A stretch of 63,321 nt of DNA, the filler included, from Reclinomonas americana ATCC 50394 (lineage: Eukaryota), in the NCBI GenBank assembly GCA_048213135.1. It is 15 parts of 14 records of this genome, joined end to end, with 100 filler letters (N's around TTAATTAATTAA, not from the genome) between each part and the next. Parts side by side here need not be neighbours in the genome. Positions count along the whole stretch, not along the records: positions 37,882 to 40,825 come from PS016061.1; positions 40,926 to 46,049 come from AFZH01016595.1; positions 46,150 to 49,067 come from PS016062.1; positions 49,168 to 53,213 come from PS016062.1; 11 more parts are not named here. One strand, written 5' to 3'. Both the position numbers and the translations under genes were made by a program. Below, in pieces: positions 38,510 through 51,924 of the stretch. The first letter of the stretch is position 1, and the number at the start of each line of letters is the position of its first letter. The notes below the pieces were generated by a model. The model searched no databases. It was not told where the DNA came from and saw only the letters and a program-made list of their open reading frames with translations.

Positions 38510-40779
38510 CCTCGGCTTCACCTGCAAGGTCTGCGGCGCCAACACCGGCAGCACAGCCGATCGCCTGCGCTGCGTCGAATGCACCGGCAGCGGCGTGGGC
38601 TTCACCACTGGCGTCGGCTGCACCTGCGCAGCAAACTCGGGACAGGCTCTGTTCGAAACAGATGCGGCCGGCAACGCACTGACCAAGCCCGTGTGCCTCT
38701 CGTGTCCGTCGAACATGTATGTGTCGGCAGCCGATCGGTGAGTGACTGAGAACCACTTGTTCTTCTCTCTCCGTCGCTCTGCTCCTCTCTCTACGTCATT
38801 CTGCTTCTCTCGCTTCCCGTCGCTCTACTCCTCTCTCTCTGTCGCTCTACTCCTCTCTCTCTGTCACTCTGCTCCTCTCTCTCCTCGTCGCTCTGCTCTC
38901 CTCTCTCCGTCGCTCTGCTCCTCTCTCTGCTCCTCTCTCCTGTCGCTCTGCTCCTCTCTCCTCGTCGCTCTGCTCTCTCTCTCTCNNNNNNNNNNNNNNN
39001 NNNNNNNNNNNNNNNNNNNNNNNNNNNNNNNNNNNNNNNNNNNNNNNNNNNNNNNNNNNNNNNNNNNNNNNNNNNNNNNNNNNNNNNNNNNNNNNNNNNN
39101 NNNNNNNNNNNNNNNNNNNNNNNNNNNNNNNNNNNNNNNNNNNNNNNNNNNNNNNNNNNNNNNNNNNNNNNNNNNNNNNNNNNNNNNNNNNNNNNNNNNN
39201 NNNNNNNNNNNNNNNNNNNNNNNNNNNNNNNNNNNNNNNNNNNNNNNNNNNNNNNNNNNNNNNNNNNNNNNNNNNNNNNNNNNNNNNNNNNNNNNNNNNN
39301 NNNNNNNNNNNNNNNNNNNNNNNNNNNNNNNNNNNNNNNNNNNNNNNNNNNNNNNNNNNNNNNNNNNNNNNNNNNNNNNNNNNNNNNNNNNNNNNNNNNN
39401 NNNNNNNNNNNNNNNNNNNNNNNNNNNNNNNNNNNNNNNNNNNNNNNNNNNNNNNNNNNNNNNNNNNNNNNNNNNNNNNNNNNNNNNNNNNNNNNNNNNN
39501 NNNNNNNNNNNNNNNNNNNNNNNNNNNNNNNNNNNNNNNNNNNNNNNNNNNNNNNNNNNNNNNNNNNNNNNNNNNNNNNNNNNNNNNNNNNNNNNNNNNN
39601 NNNNNNNNNNNNNNNNNNNNNNNNNNNNNNNNNNNNNNNNNNNNNNNNNNNNNNNNNNNNNNNNNNNNNNNNNNNNNNNNNNNNNNNNNNNNNNNNNNNN
39701 NNNNNNNNNNNNNNNNNNNNNNNNNNNNNNNNNNNNNNNNNNNNNNNNNNNNNNNNNCTCTTCCCGTCACTCTGCTCTCCTCTCTCTCCGTCGCTCTCCT
39801 CTCTCCGTCGCTCTGCTCCTCTTTCCGTCGCTCTGCTCCTCTCTCCTCGTCGCTCTGCTCCTCTCTCCCCCTGTCGCTCTGCTCCTCTCTCTCCTCGTCG
39901 CTTTGCTCCTCTCTCTCCGTCGCTCTGCTCCTCTCTCCTCGTCGCTCTGCTCCTCTCTCCTCGTCGCTCTGCTCCTCTCTCTCTCCTTCCTTTTCTCATT
40001 CACCCTCATTTACTCTTCCTCCTCTCATCCCTTCCCCTTTCCTCACCCTTTCCCCTTTTCTCCCCCCTCTCCCCCTTACCTTGCCCTTTCCCCCTTTCCC
40101 CATTTATAGCCGCCGCTGCACCCCCTGCGGCGACTGGCGCATGACCCGCATCGGCAACACCTGCACCTGCCCCGACCCCCTCGCCCAAACCGGCGGCGAA
40201 TGCGTCCTCGCCACCGCCCTCTCCACCCTCCAACAGCGCTTCCCCTCCGCCTCCACCATCTCCTTCCTCGACGGCGCCGGCGTCAACGCCGCGCAATCTT
40301 CGCTCTTTGCCAACGTGTTCCCGCTGGCCGCCATTCGCTGCGCCGTCGAGGGCTCCTCGCGCCACTGCGAGCAGCTGGCCAATCTGTGCGCCCTGCGCCT
40401 CTACGACACGTCGTCGCCGGCCTGCATTGCGCTGGACGAGGTCACCGCCGCACAGCAGACGTCGAATAGCAATGGGTTCACCGGCTGGCCGGCGTCGCCA
40501 GTGCCGTGGGCGCGCTATCGCTCCGCCAGCGATCTGACGGCGGGTGTTGGCTTCTCGCAGTCGGTGTCGTTTGATGGGGACTTGTCGCATTTGCGGTTGT
40601 GGGTCGCCGCCTTTAACATGACCGGGTTTCATGTGGGGACGTACAGGGTGTCCAATGAGACGCAGGTGAGCGGAGGAAATGGGAGAGGGAGGGGAAGGGG
40701 TAAAGGGGGGGGGGACTGAGGGAGAGGGAGAGGGAGAGGGACTTTTTCTTCTTCTTCTTCTTCTTCTTCTTCTTCTTCT

Positions 40780-40825
<46 letters not shown>

Positions 40826-41039
40826 NNNNNNNNNNNNNNNNNNNNNNNNNNNNNNNNNNNNNNNNNNNNTTAATTAATTAANNNNNNNNNNNNNNNNNNN
40901 NNNNNNNNNNNNNNNNNNNNNNNNNGGGGTAAGGGGACGGGGGTAAGGGGGTACGGGTACGGGTACGGGTACGGTACGGTAGGTACGGTTACGGTTACGT
41001 TCGTTCTTACGTTCTTCTTCTCTTCTCTCTTCTTCTTCT

Positions 41040-41096
<57 letters not shown>

Positions 41097-44000
41097 TTCA
41101 TCGCCCTCTCTCTCACATCCTTTCTTTCCCCAATCGCGCAGCTGTGCCCCACCACCAGCACCACCCAGGCAGCCGGCATGGAAGTCGGCCGCGTCTACTC
41201 CAACGAGTGCTTCATTCGCGTGCAATATCTCGCCTCCCTGCCGTCACCACTGTTGTATGATCCTTGTTGCGTCGCCCAGCAACAAAGCAGTGCACAACAC
41301 CTTGCTTCTCACTCGTGCTGCAGATGTCGAGTTGTCGAATGGTAGTCTCTTTCCGCTCCCTGTGCGTGTCACCTTCAAGGACTCGACCACGCAGTATTAT
41401 GTGCGGTGAGTGGCGATCTGTTGTGTGGCTTTGTTCTTTGGTTGTTTGACGTGTGCGTTTCCGCGAGCAGGCGCTTCTTCGCCTACGACAATGTCAGTGG
41501 CGTTAGCACGGGCACGACGCCTGAAGCCGTGCGGTTTTTGAAGAAAGTGTCCTTGGAGTTGCGTGGCGTGGCTTCTTCTTCGTAGAGCTGTCACTAACAC
41601 TCTTCTGTATGCGCAGGGTCACGCTCAACACTGCCGCCAGCTCTGCCGTCAAGATCCCCGTGCTGGCAGTGCAGTACGCATCGGCATCCACGGCCAGCGC
41701 GCCTGTGCTGGGCTCGGGTGTGGCCAATCGGGTGGTCGACACGGCGGAGGGGAGCTTTAGCCCGCAGGTGAGTCCAACGACTTGGAGATCCCTTGCTGTC
41801 TGCAAACGGCTGTTTGTCTGCTGTTCGGGCCCCTTCTATCGTCTCTCTTCTTGTCACTCTGCCTCTTCGCGCTCCTTCTCTCTGTGAGTGCCTCTCTGTC
41901 CGACTTTACACTTCTTTTCTGTTTGCGCTTTCGGTGCATGCATTTCACAGGTTGGCCGTCCCTTTTCTCAGTTATGCTCTCCTTTCCCTCGCACTGTGTC
42001 CTCTCGCTAACGATTGCTTTTCTGTTGTCTCCCTGGTACTGTTGCTCAACCTCTCACATTTTTACGAAGTTGTTGAGCTTCGATTTCTCGTGAACTTTTG
42101 CAGTTCTTCCATTGTGCTTGTCGCTGTCTCCCACTCGTCCCCGCATTGTGTCCTCTATCGCTTCCAGTTGCTGCTTTTCAGTTGTCTCTGTGATCTGTTG
42201 CTCTCTCTCTCTCCCACATTGTTGCTTCTGATTTCACGATGCTTTTCTTGCCTTCTTAGTCCCTAATTCGCTCTTCACTTTGTTTCTCACTCACTGTTCC
42301 GCCTCTCTCCCCCCACTTTGTTGCTTCTGATTTCACGATGCTTTTCTTGCCTCGCTCTTCTTTGCGATTGCCAGTCTCTTCGTCTTTGTCCATAGTTCGC
42401 TCTTCACTTTGTGTCTCTCTCACCCTTCTGCCTCGCTCCCCCACCTTGTAGCTTCAGATTTCACGATGTTTTTCTTGCCTTGCTCTTCTCTGTGATAGCC
42501 TGCGTCTTTGTCTCAGTTCTTGCTTTCAGTTTGTCTCTGCCTCTCACTCTTCCGCTTCTCTACCTCGCACTGCTCTTCGTCTGATCTTTCCCTCTTTTGA
42601 CAGGAGCGTTTCCTCGGACTGTAGACTGCACTTTCTTCTCTTTGTCTGCCTTCTTCTCTCTCTGTTACTCACTTACCAATAACCTCAGTCGACGTACGAG
42701 ACCGACTACCAAGCCACCAGCGGCTTCCTCAACGTGTTTGGCGTGGCGGTGCTAGCCACTGGTGCAGCCGTGGTCGTCATTCTGGCCCTCTTCTCTTCGT
42801 TCCGGTTTGCCAGGAGGCGAATGAATGACACGCTGGATGTGGAGGTGCGAGGGGTGGGAGAAGAGGATGAGGGAAAGAGAGAGAGAGCGTGGGATGAAGA
42901 GAGAAGAAGCAGGATTAGTGGAGAAGGAAAGAGCAATAGGTAGAGGAAGGAAGGAAGAGGCACAAGGAGGGAAAGAAAAAGAGACGCTGGAAGGGAGAGG
43001 TAGAAGAACAAAGAGAGAGGCAGGAAGAGAGAAACAGGAAGAGAAGCAGGAGGAGAGAAGCAGGAAGAGAGATGACTGAAGAGAGATGCGTGTGATCTCT
43101 CTGACTCTCTCCGTCTGACTGCCTTCTCAATCTGACACTCGTGCAATCTCTTCGTCGTTTTGTATCCCTTCTTTCAGTGCTCTCTGATTCGCAAAGCATC
43201 GTCTTCTGATCTGTTTCTTCTCGCGCAGCTGTTGGCCCACTTCGTCTCAGCCGTATTTAATCTCACTGGCGATCTGCTGTGGGTGGCGCTGTCAGTCATC
43301 TGTGCATACTGGTAAGTGCTGGAAGCTTCAGCGACACATGTCTCTCTCATTCCTCACGTTATCCCACGCAGGTACATTTTCTTCAAGCTCCAGTCCAGTG
43401 TGTCGCTCTTCCTGCCCAAGTCCTCGGACCTGGCAGTGTTTATTGCCCTGCTGGCGGTGGCCTTTGCCATCAAGGTCCGTGCGCACTTGCATTCGTCGCT
43501 TTGTTTGTGGTGTGGTGTGTTGATGTGTGCATCCTCTTCCGCTATCGCCTGTCGCCCCCTGCTGCTCTCTGCTGCTATCTGCCGCTTGCCCTCGCTCACT
43601 ATCGCTCCCTGTCGCTCCCTGTCGCTCCCTGTCGCTCCCTGTCGCTCTCTGTCGCTCGCCGTCGCTCCCTGCCGCTCACTGTCGCTCTCTGTCGCTCCCT
43701 GCCGCTCTCTGTCGCTCTCTGTCGCTCGCCGTCGCTCTCTGTCGCTCGCCGTCGCTCCCTGCCGCTCACTGTCGCTCTCTGTCGCTCCCTGCCGCTCTCT
43801 GTCGCTCCCTGTCACTCCCTGCCGCTCCCTGTCGCTCCCTGTCGCTCCCTGCCGCTTCCTCCCGCTCCCTGTCGCTCCATGCCGCTCCGTGCCGCTCCCT
43901 GCCGCTCTCTGCTGCTCCCTGTCGCTCCCTGCCGCCCCCTGTCGCTTTTCTACCGCTATCTGCCGCTCTCTCCCTCTCTCTTGTCTCTCTTGCATTCGTT

Positions 44001-45983
44001 TTTGTTTCTCTTTCTTAAGTTTCATTTATTCCCCTCTAATTCTGTCTGTCTTTCTCTGCCTCTCTCTCTCGCTCTCTCTCTCTTCGTCCATTTCCCCTTC
44101 TCTCGTTCCTCTCATTTCACCCCTTCTCTCTCTCCTCTCATTTCACCCCTTCTCTCTCTCCCCTCTCTTTATCCCTTCTCTCTCTCTCTCTGTCTCTCTC
44201 TTTGCCCTCGTCTCACATCCTTGGTTGTGCACCCGCAGCTGATAGCGGCCATGTTTATCCTTTACCGCCAAACCCACATGGACGTATTCTTCCTCGACTG
44301 GGAGCGCGCCCGCCTCGGCAAGGAAGGCAAGCCGCACCCGGTCTCCGTCTGGCGCCGTCTGTTTATTGCCAACGAGTGGCACGAGCGAGAGGTGTGCTTA
44401 CACTTCTCGCCGCTGCTCTTTGACGACCTCCCTCATTCCCTTCACCACCATGCAGGTCACCCGCCTAACCAGCGTCTCCGTCAACCTCCTGCTCACCGTC
44501 TTTGTGCTCAACGGCCTGAGCGTCATTTACACCTCGAAACCGGTGCCGACGGCCAGTGATTTGTCGGCCGGCGTGACGCATCCGCTGCTGAGATTCTTCA
44601 TCGTGGTGGCGTTGTATTTCGGGTTGTGGGTGTTGCAGGTGAGCGCAGAAGGGGAAAGGAGAAGAAAGGAATAGGCCTGGTTTCGAGACGTGAGATAGCA
44701 GGGAACTGAGGACAACAAGGCGAACGATTACCGAAGGTGCATGTGTTTATACAATGATTGTCGAGTCGATAGAACTGGAGGCAAAATGGTACAAAAAGCG
44801 AATACAGAGCACCATCTGTATTTGGAAGGGAGAGAGTCGGAGAGCGATGTAGTGAGAAAGATGAAGAGAAAGAGAATGAGAAAGAGAGAGAAAAGAAAGA
44901 GGAAGAGAGAATACGAGAACAACTGTAAGAGAGAAAGGCGCGACTTCTCGTGGTTGCTGTAACTCAGCTCTGTGCGACGAGAGTGAAACAAGAGATATCG
45001 ACACTTTGTTGCTCTCTTCTCTTCATTCTATTCTGTTTCTGTTTCTCTCTTTCACTCATTTACCTTCTCCTGTCTCCATTGCCTGCCAGTCGCATTCTCC
45101 TATTGATTGTCTCGCTCTTTTTCTCTCTTTTCCTCTGTTCACTCTCTCTTCCTGTCATGTTGCGACTCTCTCTCCCCCCCTTGCATTCCTCTCGCCGAAT
45201 TACTCCCACTCTCATTTGTTGTCTCGCCTTTCTATCTCCTTTGTCCTGCCATCCACACTATCCCTTCCACTCGGTTCGCGACGTTCTCTTTTCATCGCCC
45301 TCTCTTTCCGTCTTCCATCTCGCGCCCTCTGTTTTCCATCTCCCGCCCGCTGTCTTCCTTCTCCTCGCCACCCATCTTTCTTGCCTCGACCTCCGTCTCC
45401 CTTTTCCTCTTCCTCTCCCTTCCCTCATCTCACCCTCTCCCTTCCCTTCCACCTTTGCCTCATCTCCCCCTTTTGCCTTTCCGACTCTCTCTCTCTCCCT
45501 TGCATTCCTCTCGCCGAATTACTCCCACTCATTTGTTGTCCTGCCATCCGCACTATCTTCCATTCGGTTCGCGACATTCTCTTTTCATCGCCCTCTCTTT
45601 CCGTCTTCCATCTCGCGCCCTCTGTTTTCCATCTCCCGCCCGCTGTCTTCCATCTCCTCACCACCCATCTTTCTTGCCTCAGCCTCCGTCTCCCTCTTCC
45701 TCTCCCTTCCCTCATCTCACCCTCTCCCTTCCACCTTTTCCTCATCTCCCCTTTTCCCTTTCCCTTTCCCTACCCCCCCTCGCAGATCCTGTGGAAATTC
45801 ATCATCGAATTCCGCTTCCTGAGCAACCCCACCCACGAACTGGTCGACCTGTGCTCCATCGCCAACATCTCCGTCTTCTGCCTCCCCGACAATCTCTTCG
45901 GCTACTACATTCACGGCGCCGCCATTTTCCCCCACTCCGACACCAACATGTTCCAGTTGAACGAGAATCTGTTGAAGGAGGCG
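38510..45983 (+). CDS. TMEM67: Meckelin (ciliary transition-zone protein), multi-exon, 5' and 3' ends missing
   Basis: Cys-rich N-terminal exons; hallmark motifs 'CEQLANLCAL', 'RRFFAYDNVSG', 'QTHMDVFFLDWE', 'VSVWRRLFIANEWHE' and 'VDLCSIANISVF..FGYYIHG..HSDTNM'. Confidence 0.9.
45160..45760. repeat. ~320-bp tandem duplication in a TMEM67 intron
   Basis: 'cttgcattcctctcgccgaattactcccact..tcggttcgcgac.ttctcttttcatcgccctctctttccgtcttccatctcgcgccc' at ~45180 and ~45500. Confidence 0.8.
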
Positions 45984-46215
45984 GTGAGCTTTCTTACAAC
46001 AAAGGGATTGCCTTCCATCTCTTATTATCGCCTGCTGCAGAATCTGGAGNNNNNNNNNNNNNNNNNNNNNNNNNNNNNNNNNNNNNNNNNNNNTTAATTA
46101 ATTAANNNNNNNNNNNNNNNNNNNNNNNNNNNNNNNNNNNNNNNNNNNNCCTCTCTCTCCCTCTTACTTGTTGAGTTAATCGATATTACATTCTTTTCCC
46201 TCCAAAAAAGGGTAC

Positions 46216-48417
46216 TCACGCAAACAGCGTGGTGGCGTCGCCGGCGCAGTGATTGACGGTAGACTGCGTCTGGTCGGGGAAGAATGTCTTCTTCACCCTC
46301 TCGACAATCATGAAGGTGGCGGCGTTGACGACGAATCCCCTCCACAGGCAGGGCCTTAGGCCGCGCCATAGTGCCTCTCGCGCGCCGGCGCCCTCCTCGG
46401 CCACCAGTGCGCGCCAGGCGCGGAGAACGCCGCGGTATCTTATGGGTTCGTCGCTGGCGAAGTTTTGTGCTTGGACGCGGGCCTGCGAATAGGGGAAGGG
46501 AAGGAGGGGAAAGGAGAAGGGGAAAGAGATGAGAAGGGGAAGGGAGATGGGAGTGGGGAAGGGAGAGGGTGAGCGATGAAGAAGACAGTGAATTTGAATG
46601 ATGCAGGAGACAGAGAGGGGACTGGTAAGAGGTAAAGAGTGAGGGAAGCGGGGCTGAGAGATGACAGAGTCGAAGAGAAGATGAGAACGACGGAGACAGC
46701 TTGAGAGATGAGAGGGGAGTGAGAGAAGACGATATGTAACAAGAAGATAAAGGAGATGGAGGAGATGCAAGATGACAACGGAGAATATGAGTGACATGCA
46801 TGAAGAACGCAAGGTGAAATAAGCAAGCGCAAAACTCGAATGATGGTTAAATGAAGTGAATCACACAGGAGAGTTGCGAACTGATGAGTTTCTCCTATCA
46901 TCCAAGATGCATATCTATCGGCCTTGGTCGCTCGCTCTTCATATCGGTGTTGTTCTTCTTTCCTAGTCTCATTATTCTAATCTTCTCAGTTTGCTATATC
47001 TCGCTCTGAAACAAGGAGGAGAATGAACAGAGAAGAAATGAGTGATAGAGAGGCGCACTTTGGTAGTGACTCATACAGACACACAGAGCGAGCGAGTGAA
47101 AACGAAAGAGACAAATGGCGAGGCTGCACTGACTGCTCGAATTCCTCTGTTGTTCTGTCACACTCTCTCATCCTCTCATCCAGTAATCTTCTCAGTCTTT
47201 CGCATTCTGGAAGAGAAGAGGAATGAAAGGAAGTACAACGAGTGAAAAATGCATATCGCAAGTGAGTAATTCAACGCACATACCCACAGAAGAGAGAGAA
47301 AGAGAGAGCGTGAGAAAAAAAGAGACAGACAGTGAGACTTGTTTGTCTCTATTGCTGTATGCTGCTCCTCGACATCTCTCAGCACTTGCCACAGGTTGCA
47401 CCCAAACAGCATTGGCACAAAGGAGATGAAGAAAAAACGAGATCCAGCTTGCTGGCAAACGGGATGCGGCGTGCGCGACAACAAATAACACGAGAGAGAG
47501 TGCACGAAAAAACAAAAGGACATCAAGAGGGAGAAATAGAAAAAGAGGAGCTGTCATGTTCGTCTTGACTTTAAACTACTCGTCACCTCTCTGTCATCCA
47601 GATTCTCTCTCTCCATCTGCTCTTCTCCATTCTCTTTCTCCCCCTCATCCATCCCTCTTCTCTTCTTTGCACTCTTCCCCTTCCCCTTCTCCTTGCCTCC
47701 TCACTTCCCCCTCTCTTTCCCTCTTCCCCCTTTTCCTTCCTCCTTCTCCCCGCCCTTCCCCCTCCCACACCTTCAGCGTATCCGCCGGAAAACACGCAAT
47801 CCAGGAGGCCACCCCGGCACACCCACCCGCCGTAAACGCCACCGCATCCTGCACCAAGCCGTCGTCAGTCGACAGCACCCTTGTCTGGTCCAGGAGGTAG
47901 TTGAAGCCGGCGGAGAAGGCGGTGAAAGTCGTGAAATAGAACGTGAAGCCGATGACGTCACGTGTAATGGTCGCCGGCAGGCCGGTGGCCAGGATTCCAC
48001 GGAGGCCTACTCTCCGATACAGTGCTCTCGTGCAGTCCAGCAACGGGTGCTTCGAGGAGGTCCAGGGGCTGTTGGCGATTTGGAGTTGGATCTGGGAAGA
48101 GGGGAAAGAGTGGGCGAGAGATGAATGGAGAAGGGTGGAGGGGGAATGGAGAGACCTTTACAAACTCCATGGGCGTGGCGATGAAACTTGAGCAGAAGCC
48201 GGTCACGGCGCCTGCACTCAGGTGAGCAAAGGGGGTGCAATCACCAAGACTCTCCTTCAATGAGATACCTCCCACGGCGGCCGAGACCAGCGGGTGCGAA
48301 TCGAGGGATCCGTGCAGGAATTTGACGGTGAGGTCGAAGGAGCCGAAGGCGATGGCGTTGAGGCCGGCCTGGGCGAGGAGTGGGGGCCAGATGCCGCGGA
48401 AGAGGCCTCGGATGCCC
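46216..48417 (-). CDS. Mitochondrial carrier (SLC25; carnitine/ornithine-carrier-like), 3' exons
   Basis: 'GIRGLFRG..AGAVTGFCSSFIATPMEFVK/IQLQ', 'TITRDVIGF..AGGCAGVASWIACFPADTLK/ARVQ..YRGV..LWRGL.PCLWRGFVVNAATF' contain Px[DE]xx[KR] signatures. Confidence 0.88.
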
Positions 48418-48523
48418 CTGCGAAAAAAGGGGAAGGGTTAATAGGGGAAGGATGAGAAGAGAAATTGGGAGAAAGAGAAAGAGACCAAGGTATAAGGGGT
48501 ACTGAATGAGGGTGAAGAGACTG

Positions 48524-49067
48524 GGGGTTGAGGAGCAAGGGTCGAGGGTTGAAGAACGAGGGTTGATTGAGGGTTGAGGGATGAAGAACGAGGGTTGAGG
48601 GTTGAGGAACGAGGGTTGAAGGGCAAGGGTTGAGTAGCAAGGGTTGAGGGACAAGAGTTGCAGAGCAAGGGTCGAGGGTTGAAGAACGAGGGTTGAGGGT
48701 TGATGAACGAGGGTTGAGGGTTGATGGACGAGGGTTGAGGGTTGATGAACGAGGGTTGAGGGTTGAGGAACGAGGGTTGAGGAGCGAGGGTTGAGGAGCG
48801 AGGGTTGAGGATCGAGGGTTGAGGAGCGAGGGTAGGGTCGAGAGTTTAAGTACAAGGGTTGAAGAGTGAGGGTTGAGGTCACGGAGCAAGGGTTGAGGGT
48901 CGAGGGTTGAGGAGCGAGGGTTGAGGGTTGGGGAGCGAAGGTTGAGGGTTGAGGAGCGCGGGTTGAGGGTTGGGGAGCGAGGGTTGAGGAACGAGGGTTG
49001 AGGAGCAAGGGTTGAGGAGCAAGGGTCGAGGGTTGAAGAACGAGGGTTGAGGGTTGAGGAGCGAGGG
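48524..49067. repeat. Degenerate (GAGGGTT)n telomere-like satellite with A-rich spacers, intronic
   Basis: Dozens of 'gagggttga' units interleaved with 'ggagcga', 'agaacga' and 'tgaacga', running into a gap. Confidence 0.8.
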
Positions 49068-50648
49068 NNNNNNNNNNNNNNNNNNNNNNNNNNNNNNNNN
49101 NNNNNNNNNNNTTAATTAATTAANNNNNNNNNNNNNNNNNNNNNNNNNNNNNNNNNNNNNNNNNNNNCCGAAGGTTCCACTGGGAATATGAGAGAGGGCA
49201 AAGTGAGCGGGAAGGAGAAAGGGAACGGGGCAGCACAGAATGTGAGCACTATGCGAGAAAGGATATGGCAACGAACAAGGCAAGGCACAATGAAACAGAA
49301 GGCCAAGAGAGAGAGAGAGAGAGAGTGAGTGAGAGAGAGGAAGATGGAGAAGGAGTGCGACAGAAGGAGCAGCAACTGAGTGCAAGAGAAGTGGGACAGC
49401 GAGGAATAAAGGAGCTGGATGCTGTAATCTAGGCGACGATGAAGGCACGACAACATAGAAGAAAGAGAGCAGTAAGCAAGAGAGTGAGTGAGTGAGGAAG
49501 GAGAGGGACAGGTGAAGGGAGTGAAGAGTGAGGACTGAGAGGGAGGGGGAGCAAAGAGGGAGGGACAAGGGAGAGAGAAAGACTGCATGCATTCAACGAC
49601 GACGGAGGCAGGCAAAGTAAAAGAATGAGAGCAAATGGGAAAGAGAGAGAAAGACAACGAGAGGGAGAGAGGAATAAAGAGGCAAACGAGAGAGAGGGAC
49701 ACGAAAGGCAGACTGAATGTAGAGGCAATGGAGGACAGCATTCTGCCAGGCCGGTTGCAATCAAGGCGACGACAAAGAGAGCGATGGAATGAGGACAGAG
49801 AGGGAAACGGAGAAGAGAGGAAGAGGACAAGAGTGGGAAGGATAAAATGTGACAAAGTGTGGCCTCATGCAATCAATGACAACTGTGGCATGGCAAACTG
49901 AAAGAATGAGAGAGAATAGAGAGAGTGAGAGAGGGCGAGTGAGACAATGAGAGAGGAAGACGGACAGAGAGGAAGAGGAACAGTGAGGGGACAGAGCGGA
50001 GGGTGCGTGGAGGCAATCAAGATAAACGCGACAAGTGTCGCCTTTTGCAGACAAGGTGACAACGAAAGACAGAGTGCAGTCAGCGAGAGAGTGAATGAGC
50101 AAGGAGAGGGACAGGAAGAAAGAAGGAGAGAGAAGGAGAAGGAGAGGGAGAGGGAACGACAGAAAGAGAATAAGAAAATGAGAGAAGAGGGAATAAGAAG
50201 AAGCAGAAAAGAAAGGAGAAGAAGAGGAAGTGAGAGAGGAAGACAAACGAGAGAGAGAGAGGGTCAGTGAGCGAAGAGAGAATGCAAGGAAATCGAGCTG
50301 ATAATCATAGCGAGCGCATTGAGAGCAAGAGAGAGAGAGAGAGAGAGAGTGTGTGTGTTTCATGAGACAACTATCACACTCACGGCCTTCCCCCCTCTCA
50401 CACTCACACAGAGTCGTTTTTCTCTGACGGAAGAAAAGATGCAAGGATTCCGGTGTTCGACAATGCACAAACGCACTCTCTCACTCACTCTCTCTCTCTC
50501 TCTCACACTGTCATTCTCTTTCTTATTGTGAGTGAGTGCGTGTGCGTGCGTGTCAGTGCGTAACGAGACAAAGCCGCTGAGCCAGTCAGAGGAGGAGCTG
50601 ATTGACTGCTCTTCACAGTCGGATGACATGAGCGCTCTCTCACACCCA

Positions 50649-50690
<42 letters not shown>

Positions 50691-51924
50691 ACTGTGTGTG
50701 CGAATCACGGCGTGTCCTGTGTCGGAGCTGTAATCCGTTGTTCGCGCCCTTTTTTGCTTGTCATCTTTGGTGCAACTGACTCAGGAGTGCTTATGAAAGA
50801 GAAACTCTCCCTTCCTCTCTATCTGGCTGTCTCCCTCATGTGCCATGTGTTGCGAATTTCGAACTTGGCAGCTTCCGATCCTCACCTCCCTCGCAACCAT
50901 AAACACAGCACTTGCATTCACTTACAGTGTGTTCGGGGCAGCAACCTCAGACGATGTACAGCGATATCGAAGCCGTCGTCTGAGCTGTTCGTCTCACAGC
51001 CACGGCGGCATGCCTCCGGATAACGTGTACTGTCACACCGTTGTGTCCGGCTGCGGCGCTCTCGCCATGCGGTCCACATCACCGCCATTGCCGTCTGGCA
51101 CATTGGCCTCCAGTCGTCGTTGCTGTTGCAGAGATAATCTCGATATTTCACATGCCGCTCGTCACTCGTACGCTTCCGGCCGCTGCATTCCCGCCACGCG
51201 GTCCACAACACTCGCCCCAGTCACACAAATGGCCAACAGCCGTTCGTCGCACAGCCCCTTGAAGCCGTCACGAATCCGGCAGTGTGGCCCTCAGTACGCC
51301 GCATGCGCGGCCGCCTCCACAACACGTCGGCGCCACTACCGTCCGTCGTCCGCAACGTCGACCTCGATATTGCACATGCCGCCCGCTACTCGGTCGCCTC
51401 CGGCTCCGAAGCTTCCGAACGATCGCCATAAGTCACGTCAGCTCTTGCAGCGTCGTCTCGCCATTTGTCGAATCCCGCCTTGCAACACGGTCGCCTCCGT
51501 CAACTTCTCCACAAACTGTACGGCAACCGTCCGCCACAAGGTCCTTTGCAGCCGTGGCCAGTCCAGAAAGCAAGCCGCAGGCAGTCTGCCGGCTGTTCAT
51601 GCAGTGTGACTGCCGCCCGTCGTTGCTCCCTCAACGTCGTCCTCAATTTGCCACATGTCGTCAGCCACTCCGACGCGGCTCTTGTAGTGTCGCCTCCTCC
51701 GCACCACATAGCGTGAGCTACAGCCGTCACCTCTTCCATGTCCCACAACACGCTGGCAACAGAGCCATCCGTCACGAATCCGGTCGTCTCGTCCGACTGC
51801 ACACCTCACGTCGCCCATCACCTGGCTGCCGTCACTTAACGAGCCGCATCCCGATTGCGTCGTCCCCACAATCCGACCGCAGGCCGTCCGTGGCGCCTCT
51901 CCCATCCTTCTCGCCTCCCTCTCC

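Noticed and set aside
50850..51900. GC-rich region with several overlapping ORFs
   Set aside because: No frame gives a convincing protein; may be degenerate or UTR sequence.
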